Below, piece after piece: positions 48,600 through 58,304 of a stretch of DNA of 64,000 bases. Where the stretch lies: the NCBI GenBank assembly GCA_000146465.1, contig CP001945.1, one strand, 5' to 3'. Made by a program: the position numbers and the translations under genes. The stretch's first letter is position 1. Each line of letters begins with the position of its first letter. Under the pieces are notes generated by a model. That model worked only from the letters and a program-made list of their open reading frames with translations, made no database searches and was not told the origin of the DNA.

Positions 48600-48911
48600 T
48601 CACTCCTTTTCATAGTCCTTGGGCTCAAACGCCTTCTTTGCCAACTTGATCTCCTCGTTTGTAATCAGTAAATGCCTAACTCGTGAGTACTTCTTCCTAT
48701 CTCTCTTCAAGTAGTATAAGAGATCCTCTGTCTTTGTCTTTCCCTTTACCTGTGCCATGTTGTGAGTGTTTGTCAAAAGAATGCTCATGTAGTCCAAGAC
48801 ATATCCATGGAGAGCTTCTGCAGTGTCATATCTAGGCGCAATGACATCTCCATATCCATACATCATTACTTTTATGTCTTTCATGAAGTTCACTCTTCTG
48901 GTTTCCCTCAT
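48600..48911 (-). CDS. TAF13: TFIID subunit TAF13 (histone fold)
   Basis: MMYGYGDVIAPRYDTAEALHGYVLDYMSILL...KTEDLLYYLKRDRKKYSRVRHLL matches the TAF13 pattern (MMYGFGD..P...T..L.E..V..Y......KGK..EDL.FL.R.D..K..R...LL). Confidence 0.65.
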   Translation of the reverse strand: MRETRRVNFMKDIKVMMYGYGDVIAPRYDTAEALHGYVLDYMSILLTNTHNMAQVKGKTKTEDLLYYLKRDRKKYSRVRHLLITNEEIKLAKKAFEPKDYEKE

Positions 48912-48935
48912 CCCAAGGGCCCCACTATCTCGATG

Positions 48936-49238
48936 TCAAAGATTCACAAAGACCCCATTATCTCCGTATGATAGAACGGTACATTCGACAGTGTCTCCTT
49001 TTGCAAATCTATCGCATAGGTGCTCGTTTGGATTGAAGTCAACAGGCCGGAAGATTCCTCTGTATTCAATGGCTGTCTTTCTCCCCTCCACTTCAAATAT
49101 CTGCACAATCATCTGTGTAAATGTCACTTTTATGACTCTGGCCTTCCCTTTGGATCCTATCTCCGGAAATATGGTGCCTATTGCGGGATGTCCATTGCAC
49201 GTCAAAACATCTGCTCCATCTCCAGGAAGCCTAGTCAT
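48936..49238 (-). CDS. Short S1/OB-fold protein, possibly a minimal Csl4-like exosome cap subunit
   Basis: 100-aa ATG ORF. N-terminal LPGDGADVL...G...GTIFPE resembles the Csl4 N-terminus (PGE.L......G.G.Y..G.IF). C-terminal FAKGDTVECTVLSYGDNGVF resembles the Csl4 S1 motif (FRPGDIVLAKVISLGD..NY). No zinc-ribbon region. Confidence 0.3.
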   Translation of the reverse strand: MTRLPGDGADVLTCNGHPAIGTIFPEIGSKGKARVIKVTFTQMIVQIFEVEGRKTAIEYRGIFRPVDFNPNEHLCDRFAKGDTVECTVLSYGDNGVFVNL

Positions 49239-49468
49239 TAAGGGAGGATGCTCATGAAATAAATTAAAAGCTCGATGGATGTGCTAGGGAGCCTGCTCCA
49301 CCCCTATCTCCAGATCCTGAATTCCTACAGGCAATCAGCCTCCACAACTCCTTGATTAAAGGGAGAAGGAGGTGAGATGTGAATAGGAGCGACATAGAGT
49401 AAAGGAAGAAAATTGTATAATAACTGGTTGTCTTTCAATTAAAAGTATTCTGAACAGGGCTTGGAATA

Positions 49469-49828
49469 ATGAAGAGGAAGACAGTGGAGTATAAGTTGGT
49501 TGACGAGGAAAACGATATTGTAAGAAGCTACGAGCCCAGACGGAAGCCAAAGAGAAGCAGGATACTGCTCCACGAATGGCAAAGCATGATGCTAGAGCAT
49601 AGCTTCCGGACAAACCCATATCCAGACAGAATAGAAAAATACAATCTGTTTCTGAAGACAGGGATTCCTGTCAAGAACATCAAGATCTGGTTCCAGAACA
49701 GAAGAGCCCGGGAAAAGTCGTTCTATGAGGAAATGGAGGAGATTCATGAATGTGAGAGGATGGAGTATCAAGGGCTGGACACAAGAGTAGCTAGTTTTGG
49801 AGAGGAGTTCCAGTACTACAAGTATTGA
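49469..49828 (+). CDS. Homeobox protein
   Basis: Homeodomain RRKPKRSRILLHEWQSMMLEHSFRTNPYPDRIEKYNLFLKTGIPVKNIKIWFQNRRAREK with the WFQNRR recognition-helix motif. Confidence 0.75.
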   Translation: MKRKTVEYKLVDEENDIVRSYEPRRKPKRSRILLHEWQSMMLEHSFRTNPYPDRIEKYNLFLKTGIPVKNIKIWFQNRRAREKSFYEEMEEIHECERMEYQGLDTRVASFGEEFQYYKY

Positions 49829-49918
49829 TGGAGACTCTTGTCCTGGAAGTGTTTTCCGAGACTATGTCTTTGGCACTTGGTAGCAATAAATAACCTAGGG
49901 CCCAGCCCTCAAAGAAGG

Positions 49919-51319
49919 ATGATCACCGAGCTTGGAAAGTCGATAACAAACACTTTGTCAAATCTTTTAAGATCGCGGGCCACAGACCAAGACATCGAGG
50001 CGGCGATAAAGGAGATATGCCATTCGCTGATTCTATCGAATGTAAATCCAAGATATGTAAGCAACTTGAGAAACGAACTGAAGGCCCGGTTGGACCCAAG
50101 TGGGATGGCGCCAGGACTTAACAAGGCAAGGGTAGTCCAGAATGCAGTCTACGAAAAGCTAGTTGATCTTCTGGATCCAAAGGCCAAGGGCTACAAGATC
50201 GAGAAGGGAAAGACAAGCATTATTGTGTTTGTGGGGCTGCAAGGGTCTGGAAAGACAACCAGCATATGCAAGTACGCCAACTTTTATAAGAAAAAAGGAT
50301 TCAAGGTTGGGATAGTGTGTGCAGACACGTTCAGGGCAGGGGCGTTTGACCAGGTTAGACAGAATGCCTTGAAGATCAAGGTTCCTTTTTTCGGAAGCTC
50401 AGAGGCAGATCCTGTGAAGGTTGCAGGAGCGGGGGTAGAAAGATTTAGGAGAGAGAGGTTTGAGGTTATTCTTGTGGATACCAGTGGGAGACATACACAG
50501 GAAAGTGAGCTGTTTGTGGAGATGAAAGATATCATGAGAGAGGTAAGGCCAGACAGCATTGTATTTGTGATGGATGCGGGAATAGGGCAGTCCGCAGAAG
50601 ATCAGGCTATTGGATTCAAGAAGGCAGTGAATGTGGGATCCATAATTTTGACAAAGATTGATGGGACAAACAAGGCAGGGGGAGCAATAAGTTCTGTGGC
50701 AGCAACAGGATGTCCGATCGAGTTTGTAGGAAATGGAGAGGGAATGGAAGATCTTGAGGTGTTTGACGCAAGAAGGTTTGTGTCGCGAATGCTTGGAATG
50801 GGAGATGTGGAGGGACTGATGGAAAAGGTCGAAAGCCTTGGGATTGACGAAAAGGAGGTTGTAAGAAAGCTGAAGCAGGGGAAGTTTACTCTCGGAGACT
50901 TCTACGATCAATTCCAGAAGATCCTGAGCCTCGGGCCGATTTCCAAGCTGCTTGAAATGATGCCGGGCTTTTCGGGGCTTTCCCTACCTGACGAAGAGTC
51001 TTTTAAAAAGCTCATCTATATATTTGATTCTCTGAGCCGCGGGGAGCTGGACTCCACAGGACAGATGTTTGAGAAGGAGCCAAGTAGGATTATGAGGGTA
51101 GCCCGGGGAAGTGGGACATCTGTCCAAGGAGTGGTTGAGATTCTTACCCAGTTTAAGAAGGCCCATGCAGTGATGCAGAAGATCAGTTCGATTCCTGGAA
51201 TTGAGAGCATGATGGGGAATCCATCTTCGATGAGCTTGACACAGAAAGCAAAGCTAAAGGAGCAGGCGAAGAATATCCTGCCAAAGGATCTTCTTGACAA
51301 GATGGCCTCGATGTTTTGA
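49919..51319 (+). CDS. SRP54: Signal recognition particle 54 kDa protein (SRP54)
   Basis: N domain MITELGKSITNTLSNLL. G domain GLQGSGKTTSICKYA, DTFRAGAFDQ, DTSGRH, TKIDG. M domain follows. The track start (49838) is TTG, so the first ATG is used. Confidence 0.9.
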   Translation: MITELGKSITNTLSNLLRSRATDQDIEAAIKEICHSLILSNVNPRYVSNLRNELKARLDPSGMAPGLNKARVVQNAVYEKLVDLLDPKAKGYKIEKGKTSIIVFVGLQGSGKTTSICKYANFYKKKGFKVGIVCADTFRAGAFDQVRQNALKIKVPFFGSSEADPVKVAGAGVERFRRERFEVILVDTSGRHTQESELFVEMKDIMREVRPDSIVFVMDAGIGQSAEDQAIGFKKAVNVGSIILTKIDGTNKAGGAISSVAATGCPIEFVGNGEGMEDLEVFDARRFVSRMLGMGDVEGLMEKVESLGIDEKEVVRKLKQGKFTLGDFYDQFQKILSLGPISKLLEMMPGFSGLSLPDEESFKKLIYIFDSLSRGELDSTGQMFEKEPSRIMRVARGSGTSVQGVVEILTQFKKAHAVMQKISSIPGIESMMGNPSSMSLTQKAKLKEQAKNILPKDLLDKMASMF

Positions 51320-51400
51320 ATGTGGTAGGAAATACATTTAATTATCCGTTTTTGAGTAAAATGCTTTGAATTGAAATTGGAACTCTTCTACGTTTAGTGT

Positions 51401-52093
51401 TCACGGATCTGTCCGGGTGTTTCCTATGATCCTGTCTTCAAGAGATGAGATCCCCTTGAAGACAATGGCATTTGATTTCTCGATATGGTTGTGGCACTTT
51501 TCGCCCATAAGTATTATTTCCCCTATGTGGTTCCTGACTTTATGTAGGAGGTTAAGGATTCTTTTCTTTTTCAGAGCACTACTTCTTATAAGGTCCCGAA
51601 CCTCCTCGGAAAGCTCTGGAGTGGCTGCTTCGAGATCGATGAAGTGTTCTCCATCTCTGTTGAGCTTCATACAATAGTCGATCATCTCAAGAGACATTTC
51701 TCTCAGTCTTCGGCAACTTATTTTTTCTTTAATTTCCTTGGAGTCTCTGATTGTCTCGATATCGCAGGGAGAAGTGGGCTTGTATTTGTAATAGAATGCA
51801 TCCTCGTTAATGTCCCTTTCATATGTTCCTCCCTCCCTCAGCCTGCTTATATTGAAAGCAAATCTATCGAGAATCCTATCGCAGTATGATAGATCCAGGT
51901 CATAATCAACATCTCTCTTTATCCAAAGCTTGTTTGGAAGGCAGGGCCTGGAAAGGGTTTTGAGGCAGTCCATCTCGCTTTCCGAATCTCTAGGATCCGC
52001 CCCTGGATGGCCAAGGCTCTCATTGACTACGTCTGAAGAAATGGAGATCGAACTTTCTTCTATCATTTCATTAGTGGTTTCCTCTACAGCCAT
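51401..52093 (-). CDS. Hypothetical protein (230 aa, acidic N-terminus)
   Basis: ATG ORF transcribed divergently from myosin, with a 70-nt spacer. No family assigned. Confidence 0.4.
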   Translation of the reverse strand: MAVEETTNEMIEESSISISSDVVNESLGHPGADPRDSESEMDCLKTLSRPCLPNKLWIKRDVDYDLDLSYCDRILDRFAFNISRLREGGTYERDINEDAFYYKYKPTSPCDIETIRDSKEIKEKISCRRLREMSLEMIDYCMKLNRDGEHFIDLEAATPELSEEVRDLIRSSALKKKRILNLLHKVRNHIGEIILMGEKCHNHIEKSNAIVFKGISSLEDRIIGNTRTDP

Positions 52094-52163
52094 TTCTGGA
52101 ATGTCTGGGGAGTCAAAAATATTGAAGAGACCTTATTTCCTGATTCCGGCAGGGGCATTAAAA

Positions 52164-55100
52164 ATGGAAGAGACAACAAACAAACACACAAGCGGTCTCC
52201 GACTTGGCGAAAAAGCAAGTCTTAAGGACGAGATACAGAGAAGGTTTATGGAGAAGAAGTGGGTATGGGTTCCGAGCAATAAGGAGGCCTACCGAAGCGG
52301 GTTTGTGGTGAAGGAGGAGGGAGATAACCTTGAGGTTGATTGCGAAGGGGTTGTTATCAAATGCAAAAGCTGTGAGATATTTAGGATGAATCCTCCGAAG
52401 TTCGACATGATAGATGACCTTGCAGAGCTGAGTTATCTCAACGAGCCCGGGGTCCTGCACAATTTGAAGAGAAGATATCAGAACGGACGGATATATACAT
52501 ACTCGGGACTGTTTCTTCTTGCAATCAACCCATACAAGAACCTCCGGATATATGGAGAGAAGGATGCAAGGAAATACACTCTTAGCAAGAAGTATGAGCT
52601 GGAGCCGCATATCTTCGCGGTTGCAAATGAAGCATATAAGTCGATGGTTTCAAGCAGGGAAAACCAATCGATCTTGATTACAGGGGAATCTGGGGCAGGG
52701 AAGACAGAAAACACAAAGAGAGTGGTGGAGTTTCTTGCGATGGTGGGAGGAAGCAAGGATGCAGAAGTAAGCATTGACAGGAAGATAATAGATGCAAACC
52801 CCATTCTGGAAGCGTTTGGAAATGCACAGACGGTGAAGAACGACAATTCCAGTAGATTTGGAAAGTTTATAAAGATCAAATTCAACGGAGGAAACATATG
52901 TGGAGCACATATTGAGAAGTATCTGTTGGAGAAGTCTAGGGTGACCAACCAGAACAGAAACGAGAGGAACTACCACATATTCTACCAGCTTCTTGGGAGT
53001 GAGGACCAGGGACTCAAGAAGCAGCTGTTTCTGTCGGGGGAGCCAAAGGACTATAGGTTCCTCCGAGGTTCCAAATTCAGGATCCCTGGGGTGGATGATG
53101 CAGAGGAGTTCAAGAGGCTTAGAGAGTCGATGGACATTTTGGGGATTAGCAGGGGTGAGCAGAATGGGTACTTTGGGATTGTGTCTGCGGTCCTGCATCT
53201 TGGAAACATCGAGTTTCGAGAAAAGGACGGGGCAGCCGAGATAGCCAATCTTGATGTTGCAGAAAAGGTCTGCAAGCTCCTCAACATTCCTCTTACAGAG
53301 TTTATCAAGGGTCTTATCCATCCAATGATCAGGGCTGGGAATGAGTATGTTGCACAAAGCAGGAGCAAGGAACAAGCTCTTAAGATTGTGGAAGGGCTTG
53401 CAAGGATTCTGTATGACAAGATGTTTGACAGCGTGATAGGAAGAATCAACATGTCTCTCAGCTCTCCACACAAAGGCAACTTTATTGGGGTTCTTGACAT
53501 AGCAGGGTTTGAGATCTTCGAGAAGAATTCATTTGAGCAACTCTGCATAAACTACACAAACGAGAAGTTACAGCAGTTTTTTAATCACCACATGTTTATT
53601 TTGGAGCAGGAGGTGTACCGGAAGGAGAATATTGATTGGGACTTTATTGACTTTGGGCTGGATCTGCAACCGACGATCGACCTGATAGAGAAGAACAATC
53701 CAATTGGGATTCTGAGCTATCTGGACGAGGAGTGTGTGATGCCGATGGCAACGGAGAAGACATTTCTTGGGAAGCTGATGAAAAACATCCGGGATGAGAA
53801 GTTCGAGGTTGACCGAATCCGAGATGTTTTTATTCTAAACCATTATGCAGGAGATGTGGAGTACACAGTTGAGGATTGGCTTTCAAAGAACAAGGACTCG
53901 CATTCTGAGGCGCTGACATCGTTAATCCGCATGTCGAGTGATGAGACTGTTTCTAAGCTAAGCCTGGAGGAGGAGATGATCAAGAAAGGGTTTTTCCGAA
54001 CGGTTTCGCAGAAGCATAAGGAGCAGCTCGCATCCTTGATGTCTGAGCTTCGTGGGACAAACCCACACTTTGTGCGGTGCATAATTCCGAACCTTGAGAA
54101 AAGCGGAGAGAGTTTAGACAATGGAGTAGTTCTAGGGCAACTGAAGTGTAACGGAGTTCTTGAGGGGATAAGAATCAGCAGACAGGGATTTCCGTCTCGG
54201 ATGGGGTATCTGGAGTTTGTGCGGAGATATAAGATAATGGTAAAAGAGGAGGTTCTGGATGGGGAGCTCTGGGGGGATGGGGTTTGTATGGAGCTCTGCA
54301 AGGAAGGAACAGGAAAGATTTTATCAGAGATTGGAATTGGGGGAAGCCAATACAGGATGGGACGTACGAAGGTGTTTTTTAGACAAGGGGTTCTTGCAGA
54401 CATCGAGGACATGAGGGATGGAAAGATCTCTGAGATTGTCAAAGAGGTTCAGGCTCTTATTAGAAGAAGACTTGCATTCCGGAAATACAATCTGACACAA
54501 AGGAGGATGCAGGGGATTCTTGTGATTCAAAGGAATGGAAGGATATGCAATGAGCTGCAGCGATGGAACTGGTGGAGATTGTATCAGAAGATCAAACCCT
54601 TGCTGGATGTCCGGAAGAAGGATAATGAGATGAGGGAGAAGGATGCGATGATTCAGGAATACATTCGAATGCTTGATGCTGAGAAGAGCAGGAGGGAGGA
54701 GTCTGAAGAGATGATGAAGATGATAAGTCTGAAGAAGGATCTATTGGAGAAGACTGTTGAGGATGAGAAGAGGTTTTCTATGGAGAAGGACGAACTGCTG
54801 ATGGCCTTAAGATACAAGGTGGATTCGATGGGGCAAGAACTTGAGAAGGCACGGAAGGAAGCTGATGAAGCTCATGAGGAGAAAAAGGTATGCTCGGAAC
54901 GTCTAGCTGAGATGGGCAAGACATTGGAAGGGAGAGAAGCAGAAATATGTGATCTCCGAAAGGAGATGGAAGAACAGAAGAATACTCTTTTATTACAGGA
55001 GAGAGACATCTGTACACTGCGTGAGGAGATAGTAAGCAAGCTGAGCGAGAAGGATGCAATGGTGGAGAAGATGCTTCGAGAGAGGGATAAGGAGGTAATG

Positions 55101-57197
55101 ATGCTGAAGGAAAAGATCAAGGAGAAGGACCTTGATGGAGAGAAGAAGGCTGAGAAGATCAAAAGGCTTGAGTTGTCTGAAGAAGAAAGAAGGAGAGAGC
55201 TGAAGAAAAAGGAGCAGGAGATGAACGAGCTCCGAACTAATTGGTTGAGCATGAAGAAATGGAAGGAGGAGTGTGTAGAGCTAAGGGCAGACTATGAGGC
55301 GATGCAGAAGAAGTTAAAAGACGAAGCAGAAGATGCATTGCTTGAAAACGACCGCCTCCAGAACGAGATTCGAAAGATGAGGAAGGAGATGGAGGAGCAG
55401 GAACTTATGCGGAAGAAGCTTCTGGACGATCTGGAGTTTGAGAGGAGTAGGGGGCAGAAGCTTGAAGGAGCATTTCAAGAGCTCAGGAGAGAACACGAGA
55501 TTGTAGAGGAGCAGCTTCAGAAGGAAAAGCAGCTGAAGGATTCAACACAAGAGTCGTTAGTGGAGAGGATAAAGGGCCTTGAGAGGAAAACCAAGAGCCT
55601 TAGTGAGAAGTTGAAGAGTGAAGAGCTTGCAAACAAGCAGCTTATGAATGAGAAAGACGACATGCACAGAGAGATCCATGTTTTGCAGCAGTCGAAACTG
55701 GACGAGATTTTCGACAGGGAGGCAGCATTCAACAGTGCCAAAAAGAATCTTCAGATGGAGATCCAAAGGCTGGAAATGGAGAACCAAAAGCTGAATACGG
55801 AGATTATGGAATCGAAGTGTATGGGGGAGGCTAGTGAGGAGAGTGTTTCGGCAATGGAAAAGTTTTATGTGATTCTTGAGGAGGAGAGGAAGAAGAGAAA
55901 AGAGATTGAGCACCAGGTATCTGAGCAGGAAAACAAGAACGTCATATTGAGCAGCGAAGTGGAAATGCTAAAGGAGATGGTTGAGATAGAAAGAAGAAGC
56001 AAAGAAGAAATGATGAGGGGGCAAGAGAAAGAGACAGGACTGCGAAGGGCGATTTCTGGGGTGCGGAAAGAGATTGAGGATGTTGAAAATGAAATGAACA
56101 TGATTGTCAGTGGGTTCAATGAGCTGTATTTCTCTGTTCTTAACAAATACAAAGGGGATCTTAAGGAATGTAAAGAGAGTTTGGAATTGAAGAATCATAC
56201 TATTGAGGAGCTGAATGATAGGATTTTGGATCTGAGCTCGCTTGCCGAAGGAAGGAGAGCGGTGGAAGAAGAAACGAGTGGAAGGATGGAAGAAATGAGC
56301 AAGCAGTACAGCAAGATGGCCAATGACTTCTCATCGCTGAGTGCCAAATGTAATTCTCTTGAGATATCTCTATCTGAGAAGGAGGAGGAGATCAAGAGAT
56401 ATGAAGAGAAGTGCAGTGAATATGACAATCTGGTCAGAGATTTGGGATGCCGAATTGACGAGGAGATTAAGAATCTCCACAGGAGTGATGAGGAGAGAAG
56501 AGGATATATTAGAAAGCTCGAAGATGATTTGAACGGAAGTATGGCAGGAATAAGGAAGCTGGAGGAGAAGTATAGGGCACGAATGGAGGAAAGTGTACAG
56601 TATGTCCTTGATGGGGAGAAGAGGAAGCTTAAGGCTCTAGAGGAGTTACACGGGCAGCTAGCAAAGAGATTTGATGATCTACAAGGGGAACATCGGATTC
56701 TTTTGGACGAAAAGATGAAGGACTCGTTGAGGATTGAGCAGCTTGAGGGAGAGCTCTGTGCTCTCCGGAAGGCGGAGACACAAAGGCAAGACATGATTTT
56801 GATGTATGAATCCGAGATTTCTGGATTGAAGCGGTGTGCAAGGTTCCAAGACGAGATCCAAACATCGTTTGGGGGAGAAAGAAGCCCTGCAGTTGTGCAT
56901 GTCTGTGATAAAGAGAAGTATCAAGCGCTGGATCGTAAGAGGGCAGTTATTGAGAATGAGTTGTTAAGGGCAAACAACGATAAGGAGTCCCAGATTGCAG
57001 CCAATAAGAAGCTTCGGGAGGAGGTAGAAAGACTCCGAGGAGAGATTGAGGGGAGCAGGAGCAAGGCATTGGAAATGAAGAAGAAGTTGGGGCATCAGAT
57101 GCTAACGGCGAACCGTCTCAGCAGGGAACTTGAAGAAGAGAAGGAGATGGTAAGGTTTCTGAGGACTCTTGGAGGAGGGAGGAAGAAGAAAGCCTGA
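52164..57197 (+). CDS. Myosin II heavy chain
   Basis: Motor domain GESGAGKTENTKRVV (P-loop), NDNSSRFGK (switch I), LDIAGFE (switch II). IQ-like region, then about 900 aa of heptad coiled-coil tail. The track ORF begins at a TTG at 51930, overlapping the upstream gene; the first non-overlapping ATG, giving MEETTNKH, is used. Confidence 0.9.
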   Translation: MEETTNKHTSGLRLGEKASLKDEIQRRFMEKKWVWVPSNKEAYRSGFVVKEEGDNLEVDCEGVVIKCKSCEIFRMNPPKFDMIDDLAELSYLNEPGVLHNLKRRYQNGRIYTYSGLFLLAINPYKNLRIYGEKDARKYTLSKKYELEPHIFAVANEAYKSMVSSRENQSILITGESGAGKTENTKRVVEFLAMVGGSKDAEVSIDRKIIDANPILEAFGNAQTVKNDNSSRFGKFIKIKFNGGNICGAHIEKYLLEKSRVTNQNRNERNYHIFYQLLGSEDQGLKKQLFLSGEPKDYRFLRGSKFRIPGVDDAEEFKRLRESMDILGISRGEQNGYFGIVSAVLHLGNIEFREKDGAAEIANLDVAEKVCKLLNIPLTEFIKGLIHPMIRAGNEYVAQSRSKEQALKIVEGLARILYDKMFDSVIGRINMSLSSPHKGNFIGVLDIAGFEIFEKNSFEQLCINYTNEKLQQFFNHHMFILEQEVYRKENIDWDFIDFGLDLQPTIDLIEKNNPIGILSYLDEECVMPMATEKTFLGKLMKNIRDEKFEVDRIRDVFILNHYAGDVEYTVEDWLSKNKDSHSEALTSLIRMSSDETVSKLSLEEEMIKKGFFRTVSQKHKEQLASLMSELRGTNPHFVRCIIPNLEKSGESLDNGVVLGQLKCNGVLEGIRISRQGFPSRMGYLEFVRRYKIMVKEEVLDGELWGDGVCMELCKEGTGKILSEIGIGGSQYRMGRTKVFFRQGVLADIEDMRDGKISEIVKEVQALIRRRLAFRKYNLTQRRMQGILVIQRNGRICNELQRWNWWRLYQKIKPLLDVRKKDNEMREKDAMIQEYIRMLDAEKSRREESEEMMKMISLKKDLLEKTVEDEKRFSMEKDELLMALRYKVDSMGQELEKARKEADEAHEEKKVCSERLAEMGKTLEGREAEICDLRKEMEEQKNTLLLQERDICTLREEIVSKLSEKDAMVEKMLRERDKEVMMLKEKIKEKDLDGEKKAEKIKRLELSEEERRRELKKKEQEMNELRTNWLSMKKWKEECVELRADYEAMQKKLKDEAEDALLENDRLQNEIRKMRKEMEEQELMRKKLLDDLEFERSRGQKLEGAFQELRREHEIVEEQLQKEKQLKDSTQESLVERIKGLERKTKSLSEKLKSEELANKQLMNEKDDMHREIHVLQQSKLDEIFDREAAFNSAKKNLQMEIQRLEMENQKLNTEIMESKCMGEASEESVSAMEKFYVILEEERKKRKEIEHQVSEQENKNVILSSEVEMLKEMVEIERRSKEEMMRGQEKETGLRRAISGVRKEIEDVENEMNMIVSGFNELYFSVLNKYKGDLKECKESLELKNHTIEELNDRILDLSSLAEGRRAVEEETSGRMEEMSKQYSKMANDFSSLSAKCNSLEISLSEKEEEIKRYEEKCSEYDNLVRDLGCRIDEEIKNLHRSDEERRGYIRKLEDDLNGSMAGIRKLEEKYRARMEESVQYVLDGEKRKLKALEELHGQLAKRFDDLQGEHRILLDEKMKDSLRIEQLEGELCALRKAETQRQDMILMYESEISGLKRCARFQDEIQTSFGGERSPAVVHVCDKEKYQALDRKRAVIENELLRANNDKESQIAANKKLREEVERLRGEIEGSRSKALEMKKKLGHQMLTANRLSRELEEEKEMVRFLRTLGGGRKKKA

Positions 57198-57246
57198 GTG
57201 TGAATTTGCAGGATGTTAGGATGAAAAACCTTTTTTAGTTATGTTT

Positions 57247-57268
57247 GAAAATTTTATGCCCTTGTCTC
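57247..57268 (+). promoter_or_regulatory. AAAATTTT element followed by a CCC box just upstream of the RPL29 ATG
   Basis: gaaaattttatgcccttgtctcATG. The same arrangement recurs upstream of RPS11 (1226-1241, caaaattttcaccctgaATG) and RPL22 (16651-16675 on the opposite strand, caaaatttttcaccccaataagacaaATG). Confidence 0.5.
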
Positions 57269-57442
57269 ATGGCGAAGAGGAAGAACCATACCAATCATAA
57301 TCAGAACAGAAAGGATCACCGAAACGGGATTAAGAAGCCTAGGATGCCGAACTTCTCTGAGTTCTTAGGCCTTCATCCAGCAACCTTAATGAGAATGGAA
57401 GAGGCAACCAAACTATGGAATGCATCTATCTCAAGAAAATAA
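57269..57442 (+). CDS. RPL29: 60S ribosomal protein L29 (eL29)
   Basis: MAKRKNHTNHNQNRKDHRNGIKKPR matches the eL29 N-terminus (MAKSKNHTxHNQxRKxHRNGIKKP). 57 aa. AAAATTTT and CCC motif lies immediately upstream. Confidence 0.8.
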   Translation: MAKRKNHTNHNQNRKDHRNGIKKPRMPNFSEFLGLHPATLMRMEEATKLWNASISRK

Positions 57443-57459
57443 ACGTTCTTTTTGAGTCT

Positions 57460-57912
57460 ATGTTTGTTATGTATATGGATTTATGGAAGGCCCCTGGAAT
57501 GGTGCTAATAGTTGATACATTTGAAGTTCCGTCTCTACTGATATCCCAGAAGCTCTTCCGGTCTTCGTCTGTTGTGGAGATAGAGGAGGTGACGAAAGAG
57601 ACGATAGATGAGGTTTTAACGGCGGACGGGGTATATAGTATTCATAAGGAATGCTTTGACTACGAAAGGATCAGATGGATGAAATACTACTTCAATGAGG
57701 TTGTCGAGGTGTTTGCAAATGTCCAATACATTAACAAAAGCAAGAAGGTTGTTAGGTACTACTCGATAGTCAGGGATGCAGAAGGAGTTGCCACAGATCT
57801 GGTTGAGATCAAAGAAGACGAAGAAAAAGAGGCATATGACAAGACGGCGTTTCTCCCACATGTTCAAGCACAAGAAGAGGAAATTGTTATTTTCCCGGAT
57901 GATGAAGACTGA
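57460..57912 (+). CDS. Hypothetical acidic protein
   Basis: The track ORF starts at ATG 57415, which lies inside RPL29. The next in-frame ATG, at 57460, is used. No family assigned. Confidence 0.35.
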   Translation: MFVMYMDLWKAPGMVLIVDTFEVPSLLISQKLFRSSSVVEIEEVTKETIDEVLTADGVYSIHKECFDYERIRWMKYYFNEVVEVFANVQYINKSKKVVRYYSIVRDAEGVATDLVEIKEDEEKEAYDKTAFLPHVQAQEEEIVIFPDDED

Positions 57913-57947
57913 TGTGGGCCACGGCCCTGCTCCTAGAGGAATTATAA

Positions 57948-57976
57948 GAAAATTTTTAAGATAAAGCCCTAAGAAG
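57948..57976 (+). promoter_or_regulatory. AAAATTTTT plus CCC box upstream of the RPS27 ATG
   Basis: gaaaatttttaagataaagccctaagaagATG. This is the fourth ribosomal-protein gene in the window with the motif pair. Confidence 0.5.
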
Positions 57977-58234
57977 ATGACACTTGACTTAGCATTTCCC
58001 ACAAGAGAAAAGGTTGCATCAACCTACAAGAAGGACCGGTTGTACAGGGAAGGCAACGGGTTTTTTATGTATGTGAGGTGTGGAGGATGCAGACACACTA
58101 CGTGCTGCTACTCGCACTCGCAGACGAACATCTCCTGTCCAGGGTGCGGAGATATAATCCTGACGTCCTCAGGGGGGAGGGCGATTGTGTCACCCAACTG
58201 TGAGTTCAAGAGGATCATAAGAAGTATTGATTAA
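57977..58234 (+). CDS. RPS27: 40S ribosomal protein S27 (eS27), C4 zinc finger
   Basis: FMYVRCGGCRHTTCCYSHSQTNISCPGCGDIILTSSGGRAIVSPNCEFKR matches the eS27 pattern (FMDVKCPGC...[35 protein letters not shown]). AAAATTTT and CCC motif lies upstream. Confidence 0.85.
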   Translation: MTLDLAFPTREKVASTYKKDRLYREGNGFFMYVRCGGCRHTTCCYSHSQTNISCPGCGDIILTSSGGRAIVSPNCEFKRIIRSID

Positions 58235-58304
58235 AGATTTTAGTTCTACTCTTCTATCATTTGGCAGCCTTGGAGAGTCAAAGTTGAAAATTTTTCAAGC
58301 CCTG

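Noticed and set aside
51930-52163. 5' extension of the myosin ORF (track start MFGRQGLERV...)
   Set aside because: Begins at a TTG and overlaps the divergently transcribed gene 51401-52093 in antisense. The first ATG outside that gene (52164, MEETTNKH) gives a sensible myosin N-terminus.
52158-56924. Numerous minus-strand ORFs within the myosin gene (for example 52650-53471, 273 aa; 56195-56794, 199 aa)
   Set aside because: Antisense to the coiled-coil tail. The composition is dominated by S/L/F from reverse-complemented GAG/AAG-rich codons. No homology.
58227-58304. N-terminal extension of CCT8 overlapping the RPS27 stop
   Set aside because: The track start is TTG, and no in-frame ATG exists upstream of 58305. 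The weak resemblance of the extension to the CCT-theta N-terminus may be chance or an ancestral remnant.
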